The position numbers and the translations under genes are program-made. A stretch of 37,233 bases of DNA, taken from positions 1 through 37,233 of the forward strand of contig JBBTVB010000006.1 of assembly GCA_038063455.1 (NCBI GenBank). Direction: 5' to 3'. Under the pieces are notes generated by a model, which was not told the DNA's origin, did no database searches, and was given only the letters and a program-made list of their open reading frames with translations. Within the stretch, counting starts at the first letter, position 1. Every line of letters begins with the position of its first letter. Below, in pieces: positions 8,231-16,502 of the stretch. The stretch comes from Patescibacteria group bacterium. GTDB lineage: Bacteria > Patescibacteriota > Patescibacteriia > PEXW01.

Positions 8231-8944
8231 CTACTGAATCAATCCTTCTAAGACTTCTTGAGTATACTGGGAATCAAGGTAAGGGTCAAGGGTGTTAACA
8301 TTTAATTCTAAATTTTCTAAGACCTGTTCCTTAGAAATATCCTTAACAACCACATTCAATTGAATGTCCGAACCAAACTGTTTTTTCACCTGTCGAATAT
8401 TCGCAATAGAGGTGAGGTACGCTTTAATAAAAACATCTCTTGTTACCCTTCTGTGTTCTAACTCCTCACGCTTATTTGTAAAATCCCAAGCAACAACTGG
8501 ATCCTGATACACATAATAAATGTCCACTTTTCGCTTATGATTGAGCGCACGTTTAATATTCATCACAGCGCCTTGGTAGGCAAAAGTTCCGTCAAGAATG
8601 AAATTGTAGTTTTTTCGAAAAACATGATTGAGCAGCATATCCACACCTCTGACCGCGGCATGCTGGTATATGTGTGCGTGACTACCTCTATAGCCAGGGA
8701 TAGACTCCCGTATCTCATCCGCGTCAATACGAACAGGTTTGCTTTTGAACTCTTCAGAAAGGTGTTTCGAGACTTCTGTTTTTCCTGCACCTGGTGCACC
8801 GGCCATAAATAAGGCAACAGCTTTATCAGCGGCCGTAAATTGATGAGGGTTTGCAAATTTTTCTATAAGCTCAGATTCTTTGCCTTTAATAATAGCAAAT
8901 GCCTCGTCGGCAATTCTTTGTTCATCCAGGCTTAGGTCGGGCAT
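8231..8944 (-). CDS. Zeta-toxin family P-loop kinase
   Basis: FMAGAPGAGKTE (Walker A), RIDADEIRE, FILDGTFA, AWDFTNKRE..RRV; AT-richer than the flanking alaS. Confidence 0.85.
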   Translation of the reverse strand: MPDLSLDEQRIADEAFAIIKGKESELIEKFANPHQFTAADKAVALFMAGAPGAGKTEVSKHLSEEFKSKPVRIDADEIRESIPGYRGSHAHIYQHAAVRGVDMLLNHVFRKNYNFILDGTFAYQGAVMNIKRALNHKRKVDIYYVYQDPVVAWDFTNKREELEHRRVTRDVFIKAYLTSIANIRQVKKQFGSDIQLNVVVKDISKEQVLENLELNVNTLDPYLDSQYTQEVLEGLIQ

Positions 8945-8954
8945 GCAAAATTAA

Positions 8955-10802
8955 TTACTCCCCCACTACCGCCTTAATGCGTCGGATACCAGCCGAGACG
9001 GACTTCTCGGACACAATTTTGAAGCTTTTGAGCTCGCCAGTGTGTGTGACGTGTGGGCCACCGCAGAGCTCTTTGGAATAGCTGCCGACACTGTATACGG
9101 TCACGCGCTCCGGGTATTTCTCTTTGAAAAATGCGAGCGCGCCGGCGGCCTTGGCTTCGTCAAACGACATTTCCGCTTTGGTCACGGGCAAATCCTCGTG
9201 GATTTTGGCGTTCACAATTGCTTCCACCTGCATAATCTGCTCGGGCGTGAGTTTGGTGGGGTAGGTAAAGTCAAAACGCAGACGCTGGGCATTAATATCT
9301 GAACCGTCTTGGTGCGCGTCGTTACCCAGTACATCGCGCAAGGCTTGCTGCAATAAGTGGGTAGCGGTGTGCAGCCGAGTCATCACGGTACGCTCGTCGT
9401 CAGACAAGCTGGCGCTATTCAAGCCGTGGCCCCCGAATTTTGCCACCACCCCGGCGCGCGAGGCAGAACGGTGCTTGTCCAGCTCAGCTTCCACTTCCGT
9501 GTCGTCAAACACGAAGCCTTTTTGCTTGAGCTGGTCAAAGGTGGAGCCATACGTAGTAAAAAGTTGGACCGCCGCTTTGCCGGTAATTTGGATGTGCGAC
9601 ATGCCGGCCTGGCCTTCATGCTGCGCTAAGACATCTTCTTTCGGTAATTGTTTGAGCAGCTTGTCGATGCTGACGAGTCGGACCTTTTCATAGTTCCCGT
9701 ACTCTTTTTGAAAATCTTCCAATATCGCCCCGCGTTTTTCCATAATTTCGGGGTAGGCCTGGCCATACTCTTTAATAACCGCATCGACCACCACGGCAAG
9801 ATCAAAGCCATGGTTCAGGTACTGGTCGCACGCGCGGCGGAACACTCGACGCAAAATGTAACCTTGCTCTTTGTTACTGAATCGCACTTCATCTCCACGC
9901 AAAAACACCGAGGCTTTAAAGTGGTCGCTGGCAATGCGCAAACGTCGGCTGTCTTCCAGGCCATTCCCAGTGAGGCCAAAGTGTTTGTCTTTTTGTAATA
10001 CCTCAATAATTGGCAGAAACGCTTCGGTTTGAAAAACGCTATCCACCCCTTGCACGACCATGGCCAAACGTTCCAGACCCATGCCCGTGTCAATGTTTTT
10101 CATGGGCAGAGGCACGTACTCCCCTTTCTCGGTTTTTTCGTACTCGGTCATGACCAAATTCCAAACTTCCACAAAGCGGCCGCAGTCGCAGGTGTTGGGC
10201 AAGCACTTGGCGCCTTTGTCGCAGGGTTCGCCGGTGCGGTCGTAGTGCAACTCGGACGACGGGCCGCACGGCCCAGTCTTGCCTGGCGGACCCCAGAAGT
10301 TGGATTCGTGGTTAAAGCCGGCGATGCGTTCTTTGGGCAAGTGCGCCTGCCAGAGTTTTGCCGATTCGGTATCCGTCGCCACGTGCGGCGCATTCTTCTT
10401 GGGGTGGCTGTCGGCGTGGTAGTAGGTGGCCCACAACCGTTCGGGGTTAAGGTGGACCTGCTTGGTGACAAACTCCCAGGCAAAAGCAATGGCTTCTTTT
10501 TTAAAGTAGTCGCCCACGCTGAAGTTGCCGAGCATTTCGAAAAAGGTCAGGTGGGTGGTGTCGCCTACCTCGTCGATGTCCGAGGTGCGGAAACACTTTT
10601 GCACGCTGGCTAGCCGGCGGGATTTAAGATCGGACTCGGGGTCACGTTCGCCCAAAAAGTAGGGCTTGAACTGTTGCATCCCGGCCGTGGTAAGAAGCAC
10701 GGTGGGGTCGTTCTGCGGGATGAGCGAGGACGACAAAATGACCACGTGCTTGTGGGCCTCGAAGTAGTGTAGGAATTTGGTACGGATGTCGCGGAGGTGC
10801 AT
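8955..10802 (-). CDS. alaS: Alanine--tRNA ligase (short form, no C-Ala domain)
   Basis: LLTTAGMQQFKPYF, VQKCFRT, HLTFFEMLGNFS, GPCGPSSE, IDTGMGLER; editing motifs HTATHLL and ELCGGPHV; ends at GIRRIKAV. Confidence 0.97.
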   Translation of the reverse strand: MHLRDIRTKFLHYFEAHKHVVILSSSLIPQNDPTVLLTTAGMQQFKPYFLGERDPESDLKSRRLASVQKCFRTSDIDEVGDTTHLTFFEMLGNFSVGDYFKKEAIAFAWEFVTKQVHLNPERLWATYYHADSHPKKNAPHVATDTESAKLWQAHLPKERIAGFNHESNFWGPPGKTGPCGPSSELHYDRTGEPCDKGAKCLPNTCDCGRFVEVWNLVMTEYEKTEKGEYVPLPMKNIDTGMGLERLAMVVQGVDSVFQTEAFLPIIEVLQKDKHFGLTGNGLEDSRRLRIASDHFKASVFLRGDEVRFSNKEQGYILRRVFRRACDQYLNHGFDLAVVVDAVIKEYGQAYPEIMEKRGAILEDFQKEYGNYEKVRLVSIDKLLKQLPKEDVLAQHEGQAGMSHIQITGKAAVQLFTTYGSTFDQLKQKGFVFDDTEVEAELDKHRSASRAGVVAKFGGHGLNSASLSDDERTVMTRLHTATHLLQQALRDVLGNDAHQDGSDINAQRLRFDFTYPTKLTPEQIMQVEAIVNAKIHEDLPVTKAEMSFDEAKAAGALAFFKEKYPERVTVYSVGSYSKELCGGPHVTHTGELKSFKIVSEKSVSAGIRRIKAVVGE

Positions 10803-10807
10803 ATAAT

Positions 10808-11539
10808 TTATATGGTAATCATTTCATCATCCTGTGCCACCCACGCGCCAGGGAAAGCGGCTTGGATTTCTGCGCTAATGGCAGGATATCGCGGGTCAGT
10901 ATGGATAAGGCCCAAGCGCGGGGCACCAGCAGCTTTCGCCAGGTCGGCCACAATCTGTGGGTACGAATGGCCTTCCAGCTTGGCACGTTCGGCGTGGGCG
11001 CTGTCATAGTTACATTCATGCAACAGGACGCCGCAGCCTTTGAAAAAATCTGCATTAGCGGGGTCGGCCGTGGTATCCGTACTTATGCCAATGCGGTTTT
11101 GACCACTAGAAAAAGTGAAGAGGTTAGAAAAGCCGCTGGCGTGGGGAACTTGCCGCCGACGAATCTGTAAACCGCGAATCTCGGTTTCCGTGCCCATCTG
11201 CTCCATAGCAACAGGTAAGGATGCGCCCAAATATTCCGGGCTAAAGGGTTCCCGAAAAAATGTAGCTAGCTCGGTAATACGCTCGTCTGCAAGAATGCGT
11301 ACGAATCGAAATTGGCCACTCTCCAAAAAATTATTAATGGCCGCTAAACCAATAATGTGGTCGTGGTGGAAATGTGACAAAATAATGGCGAGCTCTTGCT
11401 GCGGTGCGCTCTCTGGCAGTGCGAGCAAACCCAAACCCCCATCCAGCACCACTTGGTGCTCGGGGAAAAAAATGGAAAGTGAGCGGCCGCCGCGTAAACG
11501 TAGTGGGTAGGCACCGGCACCAAGAATCTGCACCTGCAT
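10808..11539 (-). CDS. MBL-fold metallo-hydrolase (RNase Z/BN-like)
   Basis: LDGG, SHFHHDHIIG (HxHxDH), STDT, LHEC, GHS, LIH; start moved to MQVQILGAGA to avoid overlap with the divergent gene. Confidence 0.85.
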   Translation of the reverse strand: MQVQILGAGAYPLRLRGGRSLSIFFPEHQVVLDGGLGLLALPESAPQQELAIILSHFHHDHIIGLAAINNFLESGQFRFVRILADERITELATFFREPFSPEYLGASLPVAMEQMGTETEIRGLQIRRRQVPHASGFSNLFTFSSGQNRIGISTDTTADPANADFFKGCGVLLHECNYDSAHAERAKLEGHSYPQIVADLAKAAGAPRLGLIHTDPRYPAISAEIQAAFPGAWVAQDDEMITI

Positions 11540-11578
11540 AGTCGTGGAAGGCAAATGAAGTACGGTATACTGCATATC

Positions 11579-12334
11579 ATGATGCACCGCAGGCAAACCG
11601 TCAAAACCCCGTTTGGCAGCATCCACAGCTTGAGCAGCGGTACAGGCGCACCTGTGGTTTTTCTCCACGGCTGGAGCGCCGACGCCCGAACCTGCACAGC
11701 TTTGCTGGACTGCTTAGCAACGGTCTACCAGGTCACCATTCCAACACTCCCCGGCTGGCATCCATCGTACTCGCTGGAGGGTGATGCCGACCCCACCCAC
11801 GCCTTCCAAGCCCTGGGCGACTGGCTGGATGCCACGGGCCTGCGGGATGTAACCCTAGTTGGCCACTCGCTCGGTGGGGTAGCGGCCGTCAACCTGTGCG
11901 CGCAACGGCCAGCCGTGATTTCTCGCGTAGTACTGGTCGACACGGTGGGTGTACCTATTGTGCGCGACCATGCCAGTTGGAAAAAAATGTGGTTGCAAAA
12001 ACGCCTGCGCATGTACAAAGCGTACGGTCCAAACGTGGTCACTCGCCTGGACCGAGCGTTGCTCAAGCATACCCTCATCCGCAAAAAACATCTGGGCCGC
12101 ATGTCGCGCTATGCACGGACGGCAGACGTACTGCCGTTGCTAGATCGAATTACTCTCCCGGTGGAATTTGTGTGGGGTACGGACGATGCCTACACGCCTA
12201 TGAGTACTGCCCGCACCATGGCCGAGCACTGCAAAAAGTCTAGCATCATCGAAGTACCGGGCGACCATGACTGGCCGCTCTTCACGCCCGACGTGCTACT
12301 AGGGTATCTCATGAGCCACCATTACCAAAAATAA
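11579..12334 (+). CDS. Alpha/beta fold hydrolase
   Basis: VVFLHGW, LVGHSLGG nucleophile elbow, VWGTDDAY, GDHDW. Confidence 0.9.
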   Translation: MMHRRQTVKTPFGSIHSLSSGTGAPVVFLHGWSADARTCTALLDCLATVYQVTIPTLPGWHPSYSLEGDADPTHAFQALGDWLDATGLRDVTLVGHSLGGVAAVNLCAQRPAVISRVVLVDTVGVPIVRDHASWKKMWLQKRLRMYKAYGPNVVTRLDRALLKHTLIRKKHLGRMSRYARTADVLPLLDRITLPVEFVWGTDDAYTPMSTARTMAEHCKKSSIIEVPGDHDWPLFTPDVLLGYLMSHHYQK

Positions 12335-12336
12335 AT

Positions 12337-12364
12337 ACCGCCTCTGTAAAATTACAGAGACGGT
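12337..12364. terminator. Hairpin terminator between convergent genes
   Basis: ACCGCCTCTGTAA-AA-TTACAGAGACGGT with one mismatch; followed by a T-rich stretch on the minus strand. Confidence 0.65.
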
Positions 12365-12388
12365 GGACTTGGTTAATGAAAAACCAGT

Positions 12389-13138
12389 TTATACACTGAG
12401 CCGAAACACAACGCGTTTCCCCTTTTGTAATGCAAGCAACGCCTGCTCAGCTGGAGTAAATGCTGCACACCGACTTTCTAGCGATGTAAAGGCGGATTCA
12501 CCTTGCGTGCGCCCCACATCCGTTAGAATCGGATCGAGCACTGCATGGCATTGCTCTTCCCAGTGATTATAAAAGTTATCGGGCGATCCCCAAACTTTCC
12601 ACAAATCAACAAGGTCACCCTGGTAGTCAATTGACACAAAAATAGTGCGATCTTGAGTTACCTTAAAGCGAGTACCCCACTTCCATGCATCTACACGAGT
12701 GTAAATATGCTCCTGCCATGGTAAGCCAATGTGCGGTGCAAGTGGTGCTATAGCATAGGCCGCTGAAGGGCTATTATCTGGCACAACAATCGCCTCAAAA
12801 TCGGTCGAGGGAACATACACGAATAGGCTCATGACTAAAGAAAACGAGAAGGCTAATGATGCTAGCGCAACCAGGTTTCCACCTACAATTCGGACTTCTC
12901 TTACGACTTGAAACCTTGTTGAATACGCATCTTGAAAAAATAAACTGCCAATAATAAGGCATGTTGCCAAAATAAGACCGCAGCCTAGCACCCAACTGAA
13001 AAACCCATTGAGCATATAACTCCGGGTGAATGCAAACGCACCAATGACTAGCAAAATGACTGCACTTCCTAGGCTGATGATGCTAATTTGAGCACTGCGT
13101 TCGCTTATTTTTTTGAATAAATTGGAAAAGAACTGCAT
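12389..13138 (-). CDS. Hypothetical membrane protein (about 3 N-terminal TM helices plus a soluble domain)
   Basis: 249-aa ORF with hydrophobic N-terminal half; GGAGG SD and its own promoter upstream. Confidence 0.7.
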   Translation of the reverse strand: MQFFSNLFKKISERSAQISIISLGSAVILLVIGAFAFTRSYMLNGFFSWVLGCGLILATCLIIGSLFFQDAYSTRFQVVREVRIVGGNLVALASLAFSFSLVMSLFVYVPSTDFEAIVVPDNSPSAAYAIAPLAPHIGLPWQEHIYTRVDAWKWGTRFKVTQDRTIFVSIDYQGDLVDLWKVWGSPDNFYNHWEEQCHAVLDPILTDVGRTQGESAFTSLESRCAAFTPAEQALLALQKGKRVVFRLSV

Positions 13139-13187
13139 GAAATCCTCCAGTTTTAAGAGTTTTGTGGTCTATTTTTCTAACAATACC

Positions 13188-13216
13188 AGCCTAGAATCCG
13201 AATCAACGAGTGTCAA
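13188..13216 (-). promoter_or_regulatory. Sigma70-type promoter of the 249-aa orphan
   Basis: TTGACA-17 nt-TAGGCT. Confidence 0.6.
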
Positions 13217-13223
13217 TAGAGAC

Positions 13224-13625
13224 TCACGCGGCATCCAACGCCTGATTCACCAAGGCATCGGCTTGCGCGTTTTGCTCGCGCGGGATGTGACTAAACGTAA
13301 CCTTGGTAAACTCCTGCGCCACATTCCACACTTTTGTAAAAAGTTTTGCAAGGTTAGCGTCTTTGACCTTATAGTTTCGATTCAATTGTTCCACGACGAG
13401 CAGGCTATCTAGCTTGCAGTCCACCTGGCTAGCACCAAGTTTTTTAGCGCACGTTAAGCCGTGGAGCAGCGCCATGTACTCAGCGACATTGTTCGTGGTC
13501 TCGCCAATAGTTTCACCATGCGCTGCCACGACGGCCGTGCCGTCCTTGAGCACGTAGCCAATGGCCGCCGGCCCAGGGTTGCCGCGTGCGCCACCGTCAG
13601 TACATAGCGTGAGATGCTTCGACAT
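13224..13625 (-). CDS. rnhA: Ribonuclease HI family protein
   Basis: TDGGARGNPGPAAIG, TNNVAEYMAL, LDSLLVVEQL, HIPREQNAQADAL. Confidence 0.93.
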   Translation of the reverse strand: MSKHLTLCTDGGARGNPGPAAIGYVLKDGTAVVAAHGETIGETTNNVAEYMALLHGLTCAKKLGASQVDCKLDSLLVVEQLNRNYKVKDANLAKLFTKVWNVAQEFTKVTFSHIPREQNAQADALVNQALDAA

Positions 13626-13628
13626 AAA

Positions 13629-15359
13629 CTACGATACTTCTGAAAGCCGAAGATCGACTACTTTGAGTTGTAATTCCCGCGTGCCGTTCCACTCGTTGCG
13701 GTCCACAGTGAACACCGCATCCACTTTGTCCCCGACCGTCAGCTGCTTGCCATAGGTGAGGCCGCCGCCAAAAGCAATGAACTTGCGCGGCTCGGGCACG
13801 GTGTGGTTGACCACGATACGCAAATGTTTGCCTTCCTTACCCACAGGCTGCAATTCGGTGACGGTCATGTTGCGGCACAGAAATAAGGGTTTCGCATTGT
13901 CCACACCAAAAGGTTCAAACTGCTCTAAGGTGTCGAGCAGCGGCCAGTCCACGGCTGGCAATGGCACGTCCACGTCGATAGCAAGGTCTTTAACTAAATC
14001 TTTTTCATTCAATTGTTTAACAGCCGCAGCTTCCATATTCTGCACAAACTGGCCTACGTGTTCTGGCTTAAGCGTGAAACCGCAGGCTCCGGCATGGCCG
14101 CCAAACCGTTCGAGTAATTGCTTGGTGGTATGGAGCGCAGCCGTAATATCAAACTTCGGGATGCTGCGGCCCGAGCCCGTCACTTCGCCATTGTGCTCGG
14201 CCATGACCAATACCGGACGGTGGTACTCATCCGCCAGCTTGCCCGCAACGAGGCCGACGACCCCCACTGGCCAGTCCACCCCGACCGCAGCCAGCAACTT
14301 CCGCTCGTCGGTTACTTCCCCAATGGCTTGTTTGGCCTGGCGGACAATGGTTTCGGTAAGTTTTTGCCGTTCAGTATTCGATTGATTCAAAGCAGCAGCA
14401 ATGGCTTTGGCTTCTTCCATATCCGTACTAATGAGCAAGCGGAATGCCGTGCTGGCATGGTCCATGCGGCCGGCGGCATTGAGGCGCGGGCCAATCTGGA
14501 AGCCAATGCTGGTGGTGTCAAAATTTTCCTGGCGCGAGCTCATGGCTTCGGCCAAGGCGCGAATGCCCGGCCGCGGCGACTTGCGCAGCACCACCAGGCC
14601 ATATTTCACCAACGTACGATTCTCACCAATGATGGGCATGAAGTCGGTAATCGTGCTTATGGCCACAAAATCTAATAGCCATTTTTCAAACCCTTCTTTG
14701 GTAAGGCCGTTAATTTTTTCCTGCTGGCTCGAGCGGAGAAGCGCCTGGGCCAATTTAAACGCCACGCCCGAACCGGCCAGGTGCGGGAACGGGTAACCAC
14801 TGTCGGTGAGTTGAGGATTAATAAGGGCATACGCCGCCGGACGTTCTGGCGGTTCGTGGTGGTGGTCGGTAATAATGACGTCAATGCCGAGTTCTTTGGC
14901 CCGCGCCACTTCGGCAATGTTACTGGTGCCGCAGTCACAGGTGACAATCAGCTTAGCCTTATGCTTCTCGTGCAAGTGATCAATGGTCTGCAAATTGAGG
15001 CCATACCCTTCCCGTTCGCGGTGGGGCAAGTACACGTCCACGTCCGCGCCCAGAGCCTGCAGGGTGGTGTGCAGCACGGCAGACGAACACACGCCGTCCG
15101 CGTCATAGTCGCCATGGACGATAATTTTTTCCTTGGCCGCTATCCCCTGTTGAATGCGCTCCACCGCCTTGCGCATATCCTTGAACAAAAAAGGATCATG
15201 AATATCCGTACTCCAATCGGGATTGAGAAATTCGTCAATCGCTACTTGGGTACGCAAACCCCGATTCCAGAGCAACTGGAGCACGAGGGGGGCAAGTTCA
15301 GGAAATTGTTTGCGGACGTCCTCGGGTACCGGGTCAGCCACGCGCCACTGCTTTGCCAT
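13629..15359 (-). CDS. recJ: Single-stranded-DNA-specific exonuclease RecJ
   Basis: HGDYDADGV, EGYGL, TCDCG, ITDHH, GPRLNAAGR, GSGRS, FGGHAGACG; true start likely MAKQWRV at 15359. Confidence 0.96.
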   Translation of the reverse strand: MAKQWRVADPVPEDVRKQFPELAPLVLQLLWNRGLRTQVAIDEFLNPDWSTDIHDPFLFKDMRKAVERIQQGIAAKEKIIVHGDYDADGVCSSAVLHTTLQALGADVDVYLPHREREGYGLNLQTIDHLHEKHKAKLIVTCDCGTSNIAEVARAKELGIDVIITDHHHEPPERPAAYALINPQLTDSGYPFPHLAGSGVAFKLAQALLRSSQQEKINGLTKEGFEKWLLDFVAISTITDFMPIIGENRTLVKYGLVVLRKSPRPGIRALAEAMSSRQENFDTTSIGFQIGPRLNAAGRMDHASTAFRLLISTDMEEAKAIAAALNQSNTERQKLTETIVRQAKQAIGEVTDERKLLAAVGVDWPVGVVGLVAGKLADEYHRPVLVMAEHNGEVTGSGRSIPKFDITAALHTTKQLLERFGGHAGACGFTLKPEHVGQFVQNMEAAAVKQLNEKDLVKDLAIDVDVPLPAVDWPLLDTLEQFEPFGVDNAKPLFLCRNMTVTELQPVGKEGKHLRIVVNHTVPEPRKFIAFGGGLTYGKQLTVGDKVDAVFTVDRNEWNGTRELQLKVVDLRLSEVS

Positions 15360-15368
15360 AGTGGATGT

Positions 15369-15400
15369 AGTATAGCAAAAAACCCACGCAGTGCATGGGC
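15369..15400 (-). terminator. Intrinsic terminator of the zinc-ribbon ORF whose T-tract runs into the extended -10 (TGCTATACT) of recJ
   Basis: Minus strand GCCCATGC-ACT-GCGTGGGT-TTTTT-GCTATACT-9 nt-ATG. Confidence 0.65.
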
Positions 15401-15402
15401 TT

Positions 15403-15567
15403 TTACTTTTCGATGTTGTAGTGCTTGATGCAACCGGGGCATAAGCACTTTCCCCGATAGCTGCCGATCTCAATAAGCTCGGTTTTTTTACCGCACTTTG
15501 GACAAGGTGGTCCATCACCAGGCGCTACATACCTAGACGTAAAGAGCTTTTTCAGGAACCGAAGCAT
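15403..15567 (-). CDS. Small zinc-ribbon protein, 54 aa
   Basis: MLRFLKKLF...CPKC...CLCPGC; AAGGAGG SD just upstream of the ATG and a terminator directly downstream. Confidence 0.65.
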   Translation of the reverse strand: MLRFLKKLFTSRYVAPGDGPPCPKCGKKTELIEIGSYRGKCLCPGCIKHYNIEK

Positions 15568-15634
15568 AGTCCTCCTTGGAAACAAAAATGAGCCTACACC
15601 GTAGGCCGAAACTGTAAAGGGGTAGGCTTTTTAC

Positions 15635-16501
15635 CTACGTATACTGCTTGAGCGTCCCGGAAATATCGATATTGTCCAACCGCTCTTTAACCAAAGATTC
15701 GGTTCGCATTTCGGGCACATCCTGCTCGTAAGTGTCGCGGATTTCGCGATACAAAATGCCGGTCGGGATTTTTTCGCCCCACTCGAGGGCGCGGGCAAAC
15801 GCTTCCTGCTTGTTACTAAAGTCATGGCCTGTACCGTCCAGGTTGTACACCCGGTCGTAAAACCAGGAATAGGTGTTGTGCTGGTTAAAGGTAACGCACG
15901 GCTGCAGCACGTTGAGGTGAGCAAAACCCGGGTGGTCCACGGCGGCTTTGATGAGTTGCGTGAGCTGGCCAGTATCGCCGGCAAAGCCCTGGGCCACGAA
16001 AGACCCGCCCGCGGCAATAGCCAACGCAACCGGGTTGAGCGGTTGGTCAATAACGCCTTCGGGCGTGGACGACGTTTTTTGCCCGCGCTCGGTGGTGGGT
16101 GCCATCTGGCCTTTGGTCAAACCGTAGACCTGGTTATCGTGCACGATGTAAGTAATGTCTACGTTGCCGCGCAAGGCGTGCAGGAAGTGGTTACCGCCTT
16201 CGCCATAGCCGTCACCATCCCCGCCGATGACGATGATCTTCAGGTCTTTGTTGGCGAGCTTGGCACCAATGGCCACCGGCAAAGCCCGGCCGTGCAACCC
16301 ATGGAAACCATACGTCCGGACAAAGTTGGCCATGTTTCCGGAACAGCCAATGCCATACACAATGAGCACGTCCGATGGCTGCCAGCCCAATTCGGCCATG
16401 GCGTTCTTGAGTGCTGTCCAAATGCCAAAGTCGCCACAACCCGGGCACCACGTGGGGTAGTGTGGGGAGTTGAAGTCGGGATTTTTTACAGGTCGTTGCA
16501 T
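15635..16501 (-). CDS. 2-oxoacid:ferredoxin oxidoreductase beta subunit (TPP-binding)
   Basis: WCPGCGDF, GIGCSG, LHGRALPVA, GGDGDGYGEG, DNQVYGLTKGQ, LQPCVTFN; start set at MQRPVK. Confidence 0.95.
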   Translation of the reverse strand: MQRPVKNPDFNSPHYPTWCPGCGDFGIWTALKNAMAELGWQPSDVLIVYGIGCSGNMANFVRTYGFHGLHGRALPVAIGAKLANKDLKIIVIGGDGDGYGEGGNHFLHALRGNVDITYIVHDNQVYGLTKGQMAPTTERGQKTSSTPEGVIDQPLNPVALAIAAGGSFVAQGFAGDTGQLTQLIKAAVDHPGFAHLNVLQPCVTFNQHNTYSWFYDRVYNLDGTGHDFSNKQEAFARALEWGEKIPTGILYREIRDTYEQDVPEMRTESLVKERLDNIDISGTLKQYT

Positions 16502-16502
16502 A

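Noticed and set aside
11540-11668. Apparent head-to-head overlap of the MBL hydrolase and the alpha/beta hydrolase
   Set aside because: An artefact of longest-ORF start choice; plausible starts at 11539 and 11579 remove the overlap.
15360-15518. 53-aa N-terminal extension of RecJ in the ORF track
   Set aside because: It spans a terminator, a -10 box and a better-supported zinc-ribbon ORF; MAKQWRV is the likely start.
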